From positions 1,709-65,708 of the forward strand of contig CAZIPS010000001.1 in NCBI GenBank assembly GCA_964541455.1: a stretch of DNA of 64,000 nucleotides, read 5' to 3'. Below the pieces are notes generated by a model. It saw only the letters and a list, made by a program, of their open reading frames with translations. It was not told where the DNA came from and searched no databases. This DNA is from an uncultured Candidatus Saccharibacteria bacterium. GTDB lineage: Bacteria; Patescibacteriota; Minisyncoccia; Phycocordibacterales; JAKFXT01. This document shows, in pieces, positions 45,478 to 55,023 of this stretch (the stretch's first letter is position 1; every line of letters starts with the position of its first letter). The position numbers and the translations under genes are program-made.

Positions 45478-46473
45478 TTATTCGGTAATTTTCTGTGGCT
45501 TGTAATTTGCGGGGGCGTGTGCAAGATAGTTTTCCAAGTCACCACGCTTTAAGAGCCCTTTTTGTGCTCCTACTTCTTGTACCACGGACATAGAGTTAAT
45601 AGGTCCCCACATAAGCGCTTCGTCTAGACTTTTTCCAAGGGCAAGGGCTGAAGTAAGTGTTGACGCAAAGGCGTCTCCTGCACCTGTTCGCTCATAAGGG
45701 GGTTTTGGGTCTGGATAAGGTGGCATAAACCATGCTTCACTTCCATCATAAGCATAAGCGCCACGAGGTCCATCGGTAATGACAATTGTTTTTGGCCCCT
45801 CCTCACGCATGAGGCGAAGTAGCTTCCCAACATTTTTCTCCTCTGTGCCTAACATCCTTTGTGCCTCTTCGACATTGCAGAAGAAAATTTCAGTGTGTTG
45901 GTAGAGTTCACGTAATTTGGCAAATCCTAGTTTCATTTGAAAGGTGCCCGGTTGGAAGGCAAGTTTTGTTTCAGGGTGACTTTTTAGAAACTCGATGATT
46001 TCGTGGTGATAGGGAAGTGATTGTTCCCCAACTGAACTAAAGTAGAGCCATTTTGGGTTCCCTACATCAGGAAAAGAGTAGGGGTAGTCAAAATGCTTGA
46101 GAAGAATGGTGCGATCATCCTCAAACCACAATACGTAGTGGTAGTTACTTTTCATACCGTCATGAAGCGATACAAAAGAAGTATCTACACCATTTCCTTT
46201 AAGCGCGGCAATTGAATCGTTCGCAATATCATCATTACCAAGGTCGGTGACAAGGGCCGTCTTAAGTCCAAGCCGGGCTGCAGAAACTGCAGCATTTGGG
46301 CTATTCCCCACAGCACTTATAACTTCTACAAACTCATAAGGGATCTTGTCTCCAAAGCGCATGCACAATTCACAATTATCGTGGTCTACTTTGCAGTGGA
46401 CTTTGGCATCTTTAAGTCGAATAAAAGCGTCAGTTACTATGTCCCCAATAGCAACAAAATCGAAGTTTTGCAT
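45478..46473 (-). CDS. PfkB/ribokinase-family carbohydrate kinase
   Basis: N.AV..ARLG, N.EEA, ITDG..G, RTGAGDAF. Confidence 0.9.
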   Translation of the reverse strand: MQNFDFVAIGDIVTDAFIRLKDAKVHCKVDHDNCELCMRFGDKIPYEFVEVISAVGNSPNAAVSAARLGLKTALVTDLGNDDIANDSIAALKGNGVDTSFVSLHDGMKSNYHYVLWFEDDRTILLKHFDYPYSFPDVGNPKWLYFSSVGEQSLPYHHEIIEFLKSHPETKLAFQPGTFQMKLGFAKLRELYQHTEIFFCNVEEAQRMLGTEEKNVGKLLRLMREEGPKTIVITDGPRGAYAYDGSEAWFMPPYPDPKPPYERTGAGDAFASTLTSALALGKSLDEALMWGPINSMSVVQEVGAQKGLLKRGDLENYLAHAPANYKPQKITE

Positions 46474-46532
46474 ATGCAGAAAATTATAACATGTGTCGCT
46501 TACGGACTTTTGGAATATGTTAATATGTAGCT

Positions 46533-47396
46533 ATGGTTAAAACACTTAAAGAGACTGTCTATGATGCGAAAGCGCGTAAGGTGGCAGTGGGGCATTTCAA
46601 TATTAGTAACTTAGAAGGATTGTGGGCCATATTCCGTGCAGGACAAAGTTTGGGCGTACCAGTTATTATCGGGGTTTCGGAAGGAGAGCGAGATTTTATC
46701 GGGATTCCACAGGTAGTAGCCTTGGTGCGAAGTATCCAGAAAGAGTTTGACTACCCCATATACCTTAACGCAGACCACACCTACTCTTTTGAGCGCGTAA
46801 AAGAAGTTATTGATGCAGGCTTTGATTCGGTTATCTTTGATGGGGCGAAACTTCCTTTTGAAGAAAATGCGCGCATTGCAAAGCAGTGTGTAGATTACGC
46901 ACGTGCCTCGGGGCGCGAGATTATGGTTGAGGCAGAGCTTGGCTATATCGGGACTTCTTCAAAGATACTTGATGACATTCCTGAAGGGGTGTCACTTGAG
47001 AATCTGACAACAGCAGAGGAAGCAAAGCGTTTTGTGGAGGAAACAGGGATTGATTTTTTTGCACCCTCGGTTGGTAATATTCATGGCATGCTTCGCAATG
47101 TAAAAGACCCTCGGTTGAACATTCCACGGACAAAAGAAATTAGTGAAGCGACTAATGTCCCCCTCGTGCTCCATGGAGGGTCGGGCACGGTGGACGAAGA
47201 TTTTGTAGGAGTTATTGAAAATGGGGTAGCGATTGTACATATAAACACTGAAATAAGAGTTGCATATCGAGACGCACTTAAGAAATTCTTAGCAGAAAAC
47301 CCCGATGAGGTAGCGCCTTATAAAATAATGAAGCCAGCTCTCGAAGCGATGCAGGAAACGGTAACTGCGCGCTTGAAGCTGTTTAATAAACTTTAA
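46533..47396 (+). CDS. fba: class II fructose-bisphosphate aldolase
   Basis: ADH, GFDSV.FDG, VEAELG, GN.HG, LVLHGGSG, INTE. Confidence 0.93.
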   Translation: MVKTLKETVYDAKARKVAVGHFNISNLEGLWAIFRAGQSLGVPVIIGVSEGERDFIGIPQVVALVRSIQKEFDYPIYLNADHTYSFERVKEVIDAGFDSVIFDGAKLPFEENARIAKQCVDYARASGREIMVEAELGYIGTSSKILDDIPEGVSLENLTTAEEAKRFVEETGIDFFAPSVGNIHGMLRNVKDPRLNIPRTKEISEATNVPLVLHGGSGTVDEDFVGVIENGVAIVHINTEIRVAYRDALKKFLAENPDEVAPYKIMKPALEAMQETVTARLKLFNKL

Positions 47397-47401
47397 GATG
47401 T

Positions 47402-47698
47402 ATGGAAGGTGCTCCTAAAAACGAAACAGCCCCTGCTGAAATTACTTTTTGGGCAAAAATGATGGTTGCGGATTTAAAAAGCGATATTAATCACCTTTAT
47501 GAAAATGGCTCGTTTGAGTTTTTGCCAAAGGAACCATTTCTTCAAGCGACAAACCCAACTCTTTTAAAGGAGGCGCTTGAAAAAGAGCTGCATACAGCGA
47601 TACCTGAGGAGGGATTTGTGGTGACTATTCTCACTAATCCCGAAAATCCTTCGGAAAAAGCCTTTAGAATAACAAAAATCATTGATACCGTTGTTTAG
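47402..47698 (+). CDS. hypothetical acidic protein
   Basis: 98-aa ORF starting 5 nt after fba. Confidence 0.55.
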   Translation: MEGAPKNETAPAEITFWAKMMVADLKSDINHLYENGSFEFLPKEPFLQATNPTLLKEALEKELHTAIPEEGFVVTILTNPENPSEKAFRITKIIDTVV

Positions 47699-47758
47699 GG
47701 GATGGGGGTGAAGAGGGTGGTTGCCAACTTCTATTTTTTCAGTATAATGGCCCCTATT

Positions 47759-48409
47759 ATGTCAGAGAACGAACTTACATTAGCTTTTACTCCTCGTGAG
47801 GTATTAGGGAAAACAAGCAAGCGCCTCCCTGCGGAGAGTATGGCGGCTGTTTTTTATGGCCATAAGGAAGCCTCAACACCTATTGTGGTAGCAAAGGCTG
47901 ATTTTAAAAAGGTATTTAAAAAAGCGGGTGAATCAACTGTAGTAACCCTTACTCACGATGGTAAAAAAATCGAGGCACTTATTCGTGAGGTAGATGTTGA
48001 CCCAATAAAGGGTGAACTCCGTCACGCTGATTTCTATGTGCTTGAAAAAGGAAAGAAGGTGCAGATTGATGTGCCACTTGAGTTTACAGGGGATGCTCCT
48101 GCAGTAAAACTTGGCGGTATTGTGGTTAAAGTACTCCATGAAATAAAGGTTGAGGCTGATCCTAAGCACTTGCCTCACGAGATTACAGTAGACATTGGAG
48201 CTCTCACCGCACTTGATAGCCATATCACCGTTAAGGAACTTAAGCTCCCTTCAGGGGTAGTTGCTATTGAAGGAGCAGATGAAATTGTTGCTTCAATTAC
48301 CGTTGCTAAGGAAGAGGTTGAAGCAGCTCCTATTGACCTCTCAGCAATTGAGGTAGAAAAGAAGGGTAAGAAGGAAGAAGCTTCTAGTGGCGAGGTAGAA
48401 GAAGCGTAG
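47759..48409 (+). CDS. rplY: 50S ribosomal protein bL25 (CTC-type)
   Basis: R...GK, AV.YG, HADFY, VPL.F.G..PAVK.GG, acidic tail. Start placed after TTGCCA-16-TATAAT (47721-47748). Confidence 0.92.
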   Translation: MSENELTLAFTPREVLGKTSKRLPAESMAAVFYGHKEASTPIVVAKADFKKVFKKAGESTVVTLTHDGKKIEALIREVDVDPIKGELRHADFYVLEKGKKVQIDVPLEFTGDAPAVKLGGIVVKVLHEIKVEADPKHLPHEITVDIGALTALDSHITVKELKLPSGVVAIEGADEIVASITVAKEEVEAAPIDLSAIEVEKKGKKEEASSGEVEEA

Positions 48410-48435
48410 GTCTCCATTTCTAAAAATGATACAAT

Positions 48436-48465
48436 AATACGGCAGCGATGCCGTATTTTGTTTTT
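48436..48465 (+). terminator. intrinsic terminator after rplY
   Basis: AATACGGCA-gcga-TGCCGTATT followed by TTGTTTTT. Confidence 0.75.
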
Positions 48466-48506
48466 GTACACCGCTCTCTCTAGCTGCTAATCATTTTTAG
48501 TACATA

Positions 48507-49814
48507 ATGCGCACGTTTTTCACAATAATCTTAGTTGCTCTAGGAGCATTTCTTTTGTCCCCCTTTCTGCTATCCGCGGCAACCGTACCTACTGCCCCCC
48601 TTTCGGCTGACAGGAGAGCAGAGCTTACTAAGCAGTTGGCAGACGTTGAGACGCAGATAGCACAACAACAAAAAATCCTTGAAGACAGGCAAAAGGAATC
48701 AGAGTCCTTGGCGGGGGATATTGCCATCCTTGATGCAAAAATAAGACAGGCAAAACTTTCTATAAAAGCTAGAAACCTCACCATTGAGCAGCTTACTGAC
48801 GATATTGGAGTTAAGAAAAAAACTATCGGTGTACTGTCGGACAAACTTGATAAGGAGAAGGAATCTTTGGGGCAAATTTTGCGTAAAACCCAAGAGTTAG
48901 ACGATTTTTCATTAGTGGAACTTATGTTGGTAAACAAAAGAAGTTTGGCCAACTTTTTCTCAGATGCTAACTCTTACACTGCGATCAAAGATTCGCTCCA
49001 AACATCGGTTGGGGTAGTGAGTGACACAAAAGATCAAACAGAAGAAGAAAAACAAACTTTAGAAGATAAACGTAGTGAACAAACAGAACTTCTCCATCTT
49101 CAGCAGTTGGAGCAGGCAAAAATTGTGCAACAAGAAAAGGAGAAAAGTAATATTTTAAAAGTGTCGAAAGGACTTGAGAAGCAGTATCAGTTAGTGCTTG
49201 CTCAACAGAAGCTCACCGCAGCACAAATTAAAAAAGAACTTTTCCAACTTCAGGGATCAGCAGCTATTTCTTTTGAGGTGGCGTACACCTACGCCAAAGA
49301 AGTGGGGAGTAAGGTGGGTATCAGACCAGCATTTCTCCTAGGGATTATTGCTGAAGAGTCTAACTTGGGGCAAAACGTGGGAACGGGGAATTGGAATGTT
49401 GATATGCACCCAACTAGGGACAAACCGATTTTCGAACAGATTTGTAAAGACTTGGGGCTTGATCCGGATCAAATGCCAGTTTCCAAGAAAGCTTGGTACG
49501 GTTATGGAGGAGCTATGGGGCCAGCACAGTTCATACCTTCTACGTGGGTGCTCTACGAAGATCGCATTACTGCCATTACGGGGAATAAACCGCCGAATCC
49601 TTGGGATCCTCGCGATGCGTTCTATGCATCGGCTCTTCTTCTCACGGACAATGGCGCGAAAAATGGGGTACGTTCAACTGAACGTTTGGCAGCCCTTCGG
49701 TATCTTGCGGGGTGGAAAAATGCCACCAAGTCGGCGTATGCTTTCTATGGTAATGAAGTAATGGATTTGGCAGACAAATTCCAAAGCCAAATCGATGTTT
49801 TGGAGGGGAGGTAG
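48507..49814 (+). CDS. exported coiled-coil protein with C-terminal MltB-like lytic transglycosylase domain
   Basis: Signal peptide, PcsB/EnvC-like coiled coil, IAEESNLG (catalytic Glu), GAMGPAQFIPSTW, P.DA...A..L. Confidence 0.8.
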   Translation: MRTFFTIILVALGAFLLSPFLLSAATVPTAPLSADRRAELTKQLADVETQIAQQQKILEDRQKESESLAGDIAILDAKIRQAKLSIKARNLTIEQLTDDIGVKKKTIGVLSDKLDKEKESLGQILRKTQELDDFSLVELMLVNKRSLANFFSDANSYTAIKDSLQTSVGVVSDTKDQTEEEKQTLEDKRSEQTELLHLQQLEQAKIVQQEKEKSNILKVSKGLEKQYQLVLAQQKLTAAQIKKELFQLQGSAAISFEVAYTYAKEVGSKVGIRPAFLLGIIAEESNLGQNVGTGNWNVDMHPTRDKPIFEQICKDLGLDPDQMPVSKKAWYGYGGAMGPAQFIPSTWVLYEDRITAITGNKPPNPWDPRDAFYASALLLTDNGAKNGVRSTERLAALRYLAGWKNATKSAYAFYGNEVMDLADKFQSQIDVLEGR

Positions 49815-49879
49815 TATAGAAAGAGGTCCCTTGCAAGAGCGGTTTTTTCTGGTATAGTACGTGTCTAAAACAACGAATT

Positions 49880-50107
49880 ATGAAAGCAGAGATACACCCA
49901 GAATTTTTTGAAAAAACGACCGCCACTTGTGCTTGTGGGGCTACTTTTACTGTGGGTTCAACGGTAAAGGATATTAAGGTTGAAATCTGCAGTTCTTGCC
50001 ATCCTTTTTACACTGGTACTGATAAGGTACTTGATACTGCCGGACGTGTAGAGCGCTTTAAGACACGCGCCGCTGCTGCAAAAAAGATCGAGAAGAAGTC
50101 AAAGTAA
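49880..50107 (+). CDS. rpmE: 50S ribosomal protein bL31 (four-Cys Zn-binding type)
   Basis: [26 protein letters not shown]. Confidence 0.97.
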   Translation: MKAEIHPEFFEKTTATCACGATFTVGSTVKDIKVEICSSCHPFYTGTDKVLDTAGRVERFKTRAAAAKKIEKKSK

Positions 50108-50168
50108 GGAGCGAGGAAAAACCCGGTGGCTCAAGGCAACGGGTTTTTTCTTTGCTACACTGATAGCT

Positions 50169-51146
50169 ATGGACCAAGAAACACTTAAAAAATTTAAAGA
50201 AAATCCTAAAACTACGTATTTGGCGGAGCACTATATGAAGCTGCTCGCTGAAGAAGAAGAGGTGAAAGGCATGGTAAGTAGTGATCCAGCTCTTGCCCTT
50301 ATGGCAGAAGACGACCTTAAGCGCCTAAAAGAAGAATTAGCGGCGATACAAACACAAATGGAGATGATTGTAAAAGAGGAAGCGGCAGAGCAAACGTTTC
50401 CAAATGAAATTATTCTTGAGGTGCGCGCGGCAGCCGGCGGAGAAGAAGCGGCACTCTTTGCGGAAGAATTAGCGCGTATGTATCAACATTATGCTGAAAT
50501 ACGCGGATGGCAGACGCGTACAATCGATGAATCAAAAAGCCCACTTGGCGGGTATAAAGAAGCGGTGTTTGAAATAACGGGGCGAGGGGTATATGAAGAT
50601 CTTCGTTTTGAAACGGGAGTACATCGGGTACAGCGTATTCCGGGTACCGAAAAAAATGGGCGTATACACACTTCTACCGCTTCAGTAGTAATCCTTCCTA
50701 TTCCTAAGAAATCACTTATTCAAATAAACCCCGCAGATATTGAAATGGAATTTTCGCGTTCAGGCGGTGCAGGGGGGCAAAATGTAAACAAAGTTGAAAC
50801 AGCCGTACGACTTATTCACACACCAACAGGGATTGATGCACGTTCGACTTCAGAGCGTAGTCAACTTAAAAACCGCGAAAAGGCTATGGCGATACTTTCA
50901 GCTAAACTTCAAATGGCAAAAGATGCGGAAGATGCCCTAGCGATTTCTGCTGATCGTAAAAGTCAGGTGGGAACAGGGGATCGTTCAGAAAAGATCCGAA
51001 CCTATAATTTCCCTCAAGACCGTATCACCGATCATCGTATTAGGGAGTCGTGGCACAATCTCCCAAAGATTATGTCGGGTGAACTGGATACTATTGTTGA
51101 GGCATTAAAAACAAAGGAGCATGGGGATTCTGATTTTGACGAATAA
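50169..51146 (+). CDS. prfA: peptide chain release factor 1
   Basis: [18 protein letters not shown] (PxT), [23 protein letters not shown]. Confidence 0.96.
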   Translation: MDQETLKKFKENPKTTYLAEHYMKLLAEEEEVKGMVSSDPALALMAEDDLKRLKEELAAIQTQMEMIVKEEAAEQTFPNEIILEVRAAAGGEEAALFAEELARMYQHYAEIRGWQTRTIDESKSPLGGYKEAVFEITGRGVYEDLRFETGVHRVQRIPGTEKNGRIHTSTASVVILPIPKKSLIQINPADIEMEFSRSGGAGGQNVNKVETAVRLIHTPTGIDARSTSERSQLKNREKAMAILSAKLQMAKDAEDALAISADRKSQVGTGDRSEKIRTYNFPQDRITDHRIRESWHNLPKIMSGELDTIVEALKTKEHGDSDFDE

Positions 51147-51164
51147 AGGGCTATACTATTTGTA

Positions 51165-51896
51165 ATGCCTTTTTTAAAACAGCATCCAAAAGGATTTAAG
51201 GTGCTTCTGCTCATTGTCGCTGCACTACTATTAAGTCTCTACCTTTTTTTGCATAACGCCGGAGCCCTGTTTTCTACTGGAAATTTTTTCTTTGGGGGAC
51301 GTTTTTATGATTTAAACAAGGCAATGTTTTTCTACGATTTGGCATTGAAACAAAACCCAAGTCAGAGTGGGGTGCATTACCAAATGGGGCGTATTTACTT
51401 TTTGAATGCTGATTTTGATAGTGCGATTGAGGAAATAAATAAAGAAATTGCACTTTACCCCGATTTTAAACGTTCATATTATATTCGTGGCTTAGTGTAT
51501 GGGTATCAGAAAGATTTTAAAAAAGCTGAGGCAGACTTCCTCACGTTTTTGGCTTGGAAGCCCGACAGCTGGGCGGGGCATAACGATCTCTCGTGGGTGT
51601 ATTTTCAAGAGGGGGATTTTGTTAATGCTGCAAAATACGCCAAAGAAGGGCTGGTACAGAACCCAGATAATCCATGGCTTTTAAATTCGTTAGGCATAGC
51701 TTTGTTAAATCAAAAAAAGTATAAGGAAGCGGAAGAAGCGCTTTCTAGGGGATTGAGTATTTTTAAAACATTACCACCTGAAGTGTGGGGAAGGGCGTAT
51801 CCAGGGAATAACAGTCAAATTTATGATGAAGGGTATAATGCGACCCTAAAGGTAATTGAGAAAAATCTAGCACTGGCCAAGAAAGCTGGAAATTAA
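51165..51896 (+). CDS. membrane-anchored TPR protein
   Basis: N-terminal TM followed by several TPR repeats (HYQMGRIY, YYIRGLVY, LNSLGIAL). Confidence 0.8.
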   Translation: MPFLKQHPKGFKVLLLIVAALLLSLYLFLHNAGALFSTGNFFFGGRFYDLNKAMFFYDLALKQNPSQSGVHYQMGRIYFLNADFDSAIEEINKEIALYPDFKRSYYIRGLVYGYQKDFKKAEADFLTFLAWKPDSWAGHNDLSWVYFQEGDFVNAAKYAKEGLVQNPDNPWLLNSLGIALLNQKKYKEAEEALSRGLSIFKTLPPEVWGRAYPGNNSQIYDEGYNATLKVIEKNLALAKKAGN

Positions 51897-51962
51897 TAGT
51901 GGATAACGGCCTAGGGCGTTTCTTTCTATGTTATTATTAACAACATAGGCTTACTATGCAGT

Positions 51963-53006
51963 ATGAATAAAAGATTTTTTTTGCTAGGCATACCACTCCT
52001 CTTCTCCTTCTTATTTATTGTTGATATGTATGTGGGGGAAACTCGCTCGCCTGGTACTTCTTCAGAGGTTGCTTTCAGCTCATTTTCTCCAGTGGGCGAG
52101 GGAGGAGGTAGTTCGCTTCCTGCATCATGTGAATCGAATTACCAGCACGACGCCTCTGATTGTACGGTTTCTGTAAGTGCAAGTCCGAATCCTATTACTA
52201 CACCTGGAGGGGACACCACAAAACTTTCATGGACGTTTAACCAATATGGACCTAGTACAGGATATATGACAAGTTATCTTGCTGGTGGGTGGTACTGGGA
52301 CCAATTTATGTCACCTTATTCTTGCACAATTACAGGCCCTGGAGGAAAAACAGTATTTATGAACGGGGCAGTTACGGGTAGTATGGATACCCCAGTTTTG
52401 ACGGATGATACTACATACCAAGTTACTTGCCGATCACTTGAGAATGCTCCACATCCTCAATACAACTATTACGATTATCCTTCTGGACCATACACTGTTC
52501 GTGTTTCTGTACCAAAGCAGTGTTCTTGTAATTCAGTACCTAATAGTTGTGGTATGACTAACCCAGGACTCATTAGGTGTGGTAGCACTGCAGCCTGTCC
52601 AGTACCTGCTCCAAATGATAATGTATGCGCGAATCCTGCCATCTCGATTGGTCTTCCAGGTGGAACCCCCGTAACGACTGGCGGCCCAACGGGAGGCACT
52701 CCTTCTGGGGGAGGTACTCCAACAACAGGAACTACTCCTACTGACCCTCCCGTATATGATCAAACAGTACCTAAAGGTGGAACGTGTACTATACAGTGGG
52801 ACGCCGCTCCAGCCACCAAATGTAGGATTACGGGCCCTGGAGTAAGTCAGAATGTAGGAGTGTCGGGGACTTTCACGACTCCAAGAATAGGGGTAGATAC
52901 TGTAGGATCGGCAATGTTTACTCTCACTTGCTACAATGGAAATACCGTTGCTTCATATGCAAACTTCGCCTGCCGCCTCCCTGCAATTATTAAGGAAACT
53001 AACTAG
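51963..53006 (+). CDS. exported Cys-rich surface protein with two Ig-like modules and a Pro/Gly/Thr linker
   Basis: Signal/TM anchor, 14 Cys, repeated W...C.ITGPG...TP.....TC module. Confidence 0.7.
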   Translation: MNKRFFLLGIPLLFSFLFIVDMYVGETRSPGTSSEVAFSSFSPVGEGGGSSLPASCESNYQHDASDCTVSVSASPNPITTPGGDTTKLSWTFNQYGPSTGYMTSYLAGGWYWDQFMSPYSCTITGPGGKTVFMNGAVTGSMDTPVLTDDTTYQVTCRSLENAPHPQYNYYDYPSGPYTVRVSVPKQCSCNSVPNSCGMTNPGLIRCGSTAACPVPAPNDNVCANPAISIGLPGGTPVTTGGPTGGTPSGGGTPTTGTTPTDPPVYDQTVPKGGTCTIQWDAAPATKCRITGPGVSQNVGVSGTFTTPRIGVDTVGSAMFTLTCYNGNTVASYANFACRLPAIIKETN

Positions 53007-53107
53007 TTTGTAGGTCTAAAGCAATCCGTTTTTAGATAAGAATGGGTTGTTTTTACCCCCTGTTGCCTTACAGGAGACTTTCTGCTAAAGTACTGGGGTT
53101 ATATCTT

Positions 53108-53821
53108 ATGGAACAAAAGACTAATTCAAATCCACTTGTCGAAGCCCTTTTTAAGGCAGGGGCTCATTTTGCCTACGGTAAAACCCGCCGTCACCCTTCA
53201 GTATCTCCTTTCATTTTTGGTGCTAAAAACAGAGTTGAAATTTTTGATCTCGAAGCAACTTCAACCGCCTTTGCTGTAGCTGCTGATGTAGTGCGCACTC
53301 TTGGTAAAGAAGGGAAAATGATTCTTTTTGTGGGTGGTAAAAGTGAGGCCCGCGAAACAGTGGCAAGTGAAGCAGGTAAGGCTTCTCAGCCATATGTAGC
53401 AGGGCGATTCATTGGGGGAACGCTTACTAATTTTCCTCAGATTCGAAAGCGTATTGAAAAACTCGAACAGCTTCTTGCTGAAAAAGAGGGCGGGGAACTT
53501 AATCGCTATACAAAAAAGGAGCGCCTACTTATCGATCGTGATATTGCTCGTCTTACTAAAGACTTTGGGGGGATTGTCTCAATGAAGCATTTACCAGCGG
53601 CAGTAGTAGTTGTTGACCCTAAACGTGAGTATAATGTGGTGCGTGAGGCAACTCAGCTTAAGATTCCAGTTATTGCACTTCTTAACTCTGACTGTAATTT
53701 AAAGGAAGTAACGTATCCTGTTCCAGGAAATGATTCCTTGAAGAGCAGTATCGCCTTTTTCCTTAAGGAGATGGCAGAAGCTTATCTTGAGGGTAAGAAA
53801 GCAGGTACTGCCGCTCTCTAA
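53108..53821 (+). CDS. rpsB: 30S ribosomal protein uS2
   Basis: AGAHF, ILFVG.K, R..GGTLTNF, EA..L.IPVIAL..SD, PGND. ATG 53108 preferred. Confidence 0.96.
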   Translation: MEQKTNSNPLVEALFKAGAHFAYGKTRRHPSVSPFIFGAKNRVEIFDLEATSTAFAVAADVVRTLGKEGKMILFVGGKSEARETVASEAGKASQPYVAGRFIGGTLTNFPQIRKRIEKLEQLLAEKEGGELNRYTKKERLLIDRDIARLTKDFGGIVSMKHLPAAVVVVDPKREYNVVREATQLKIPVIALLNSDCNLKEVTYPVPGNDSLKSSIAFFLKEMAEAYLEGKKAGTAAL

Positions 53822-53878
53822 TCCTTTTAGGAGAAATAGTTTTATAATTATTGGACGTTGTTTGTAATGTTTTGATAT

Positions 53879-54457
53879 ATGATCACCACAGAATTGATAA
53901 AAGAATTACGTGATAAGACCGGAGTTTCTATTATGCAGTGTAAAAAGGCACTTGAAGAAACAAATGGAGACATGGATAAGGCACTTATTGTGCTACATAA
54001 AAAAAGTGGTGAAATTGCAGCAAAGAAAGGAGATCGAGATCTAGGTTCTGGAGCAGTAGGTATGTACCTTCACGCTTCAGGCACTGTGGGGTCAATGATT
54101 TTATTACAAAGCGAAACAGATTTCGTTTCAAAAAATGAGGAGTTTCGTACCCTCGCACGTGATATTGCTATGCATGTTGCTGCAACCGCTCCTACATATC
54201 TAAAAAATGCTGATATTCCAGATGATGCTAAAGCAACAGCACGTGAGGTGTTTGCGAAGGAGGCGGAAGGAAAGCCGGCTGACATGATCGAGAAGATTAT
54301 AGAAGGAAAGATGCAAGCTTATTTTAAGGAGAAGGTGTTACTTGAGCAGTCTTTTATTAAAAACCCTGAAGTTACTATTCAAGGCTTAATCGACCAAGCG
54401 GTACAGAAATTCGGTGAGCGTGTAGAAGTTGCACAATTTGTGCGATTCTCTGCCTAA
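53879..54457 (+). CDS. tsf: elongation factor Ts (short form)
   Basis: IKELR.KTG...M.CKKAL.E, SETDFV, IAMHVAA, LLEQ.FIK. Confidence 0.96.
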   Translation: MITTELIKELRDKTGVSIMQCKKALEETNGDMDKALIVLHKKSGEIAAKKGDRDLGSGAVGMYLHASGTVGSMILLQSETDFVSKNEEFRTLARDIAMHVAATAPTYLKNADIPDDAKATAREVFAKEAEGKPADMIEKIIEGKMQAYFKEKVLLEQSFIKNPEVTIQGLIDQAVQKFGERVEVAQFVRFSA

Positions 54458-54463
54458 ACTGCC

Positions 54464-54892
54464 ATGGTAGTTACCTACCTTTTCTTTGTTTCGCTCCTCG
54501 GTATCATTGTACTCCTTTCACTTAAGGTGTGGGAATTGAAGCGAGGATCAAAACCTTTTTCTCTTTTTCGGTATAAACTTGACCTTGTCATGAGGCGATA
54601 TACTGATAGGCTTAAGCACTACGCTTCTTTTTTAAATACCAAAGCATTGCGCCTTGTTCTGGCCTATGTGGTAGCGCGTGTAAGTCAGGGGGTGAGTAAT
54701 ACAGTGGTTAAACTTAAGAACACCACCTTTTTTAAAAAGGTACGGGGTAAGATTATTCCAGATAGTCATAATTCTCCTGTTTCGGCATTTCTTCGTGATG
54801 TTGCAGAGTTTAAAAGCGCTGCAGCTGGAGAAAAGCCCGCCGTACTTGAGGAGGAGTTGAATAAAGTTCAAAAAGATAGTACAAATAGCTAA
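54464..54892 (+). CDS. hypothetical membrane-anchored protein
   Basis: N-terminal TM, basic body; fills the tsf-tRNA interval. Confidence 0.6.
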   Translation: MVVTYLFFVSLLGIIVLLSLKVWELKRGSKPFSLFRYKLDLVMRRYTDRLKHYASFLNTKALRLVLAYVVARVSQGVSNTVVKLKNTTFFKKVRGKIIPDSHNSPVSAFLRDVAEFKSAAAGEKPAVLEEELNKVQKDSTNS

Positions 54893-54894
54893 TT

Positions 54895-54967
54895 GCCACC
54901 TTAGCTCAGTTGGTAGAGCAACTCACTTGTAATGAGTAGGTCCCCAGTTCAAGCCTGGGAGGTGGCT
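54895..54967 (+). tRNA. tRNA-Thr(TGT), CCA not encoded
   Basis: Acceptor GCCACCT/AGGTGGC, D arm GCTC/GAGC, anticodon arm ACTCA-CTTGTAA-TGAGT, T arm CCCAG-TTCAAGC-CTGGG. Confidence 0.97.
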
Positions 54968-54977
54968 CAGAAATTTA

Positions 54978-55019
54978 TATAAGTGTACCATTTGTAGGCC
55001 TGCAAATGGTACACTTATA
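54978..55019. repeat. 42-bp near-perfect palindrome overlapping the HNH gene promoter
   Basis: TATAAGTGTACCATTTGTAGG|CCTGCAAATGGTACACTTATA, one G-T mismatch, no spacer. Confidence 0.85.
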
Positions 55020-55023
55020 CCAT

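Noticed and set aside
52656-52750. GGTP-like low-complexity repeat as a DNA repeat element
   Set aside because: The repeat is at the amino-acid level with varied codons, so it is a flexible protein linker.
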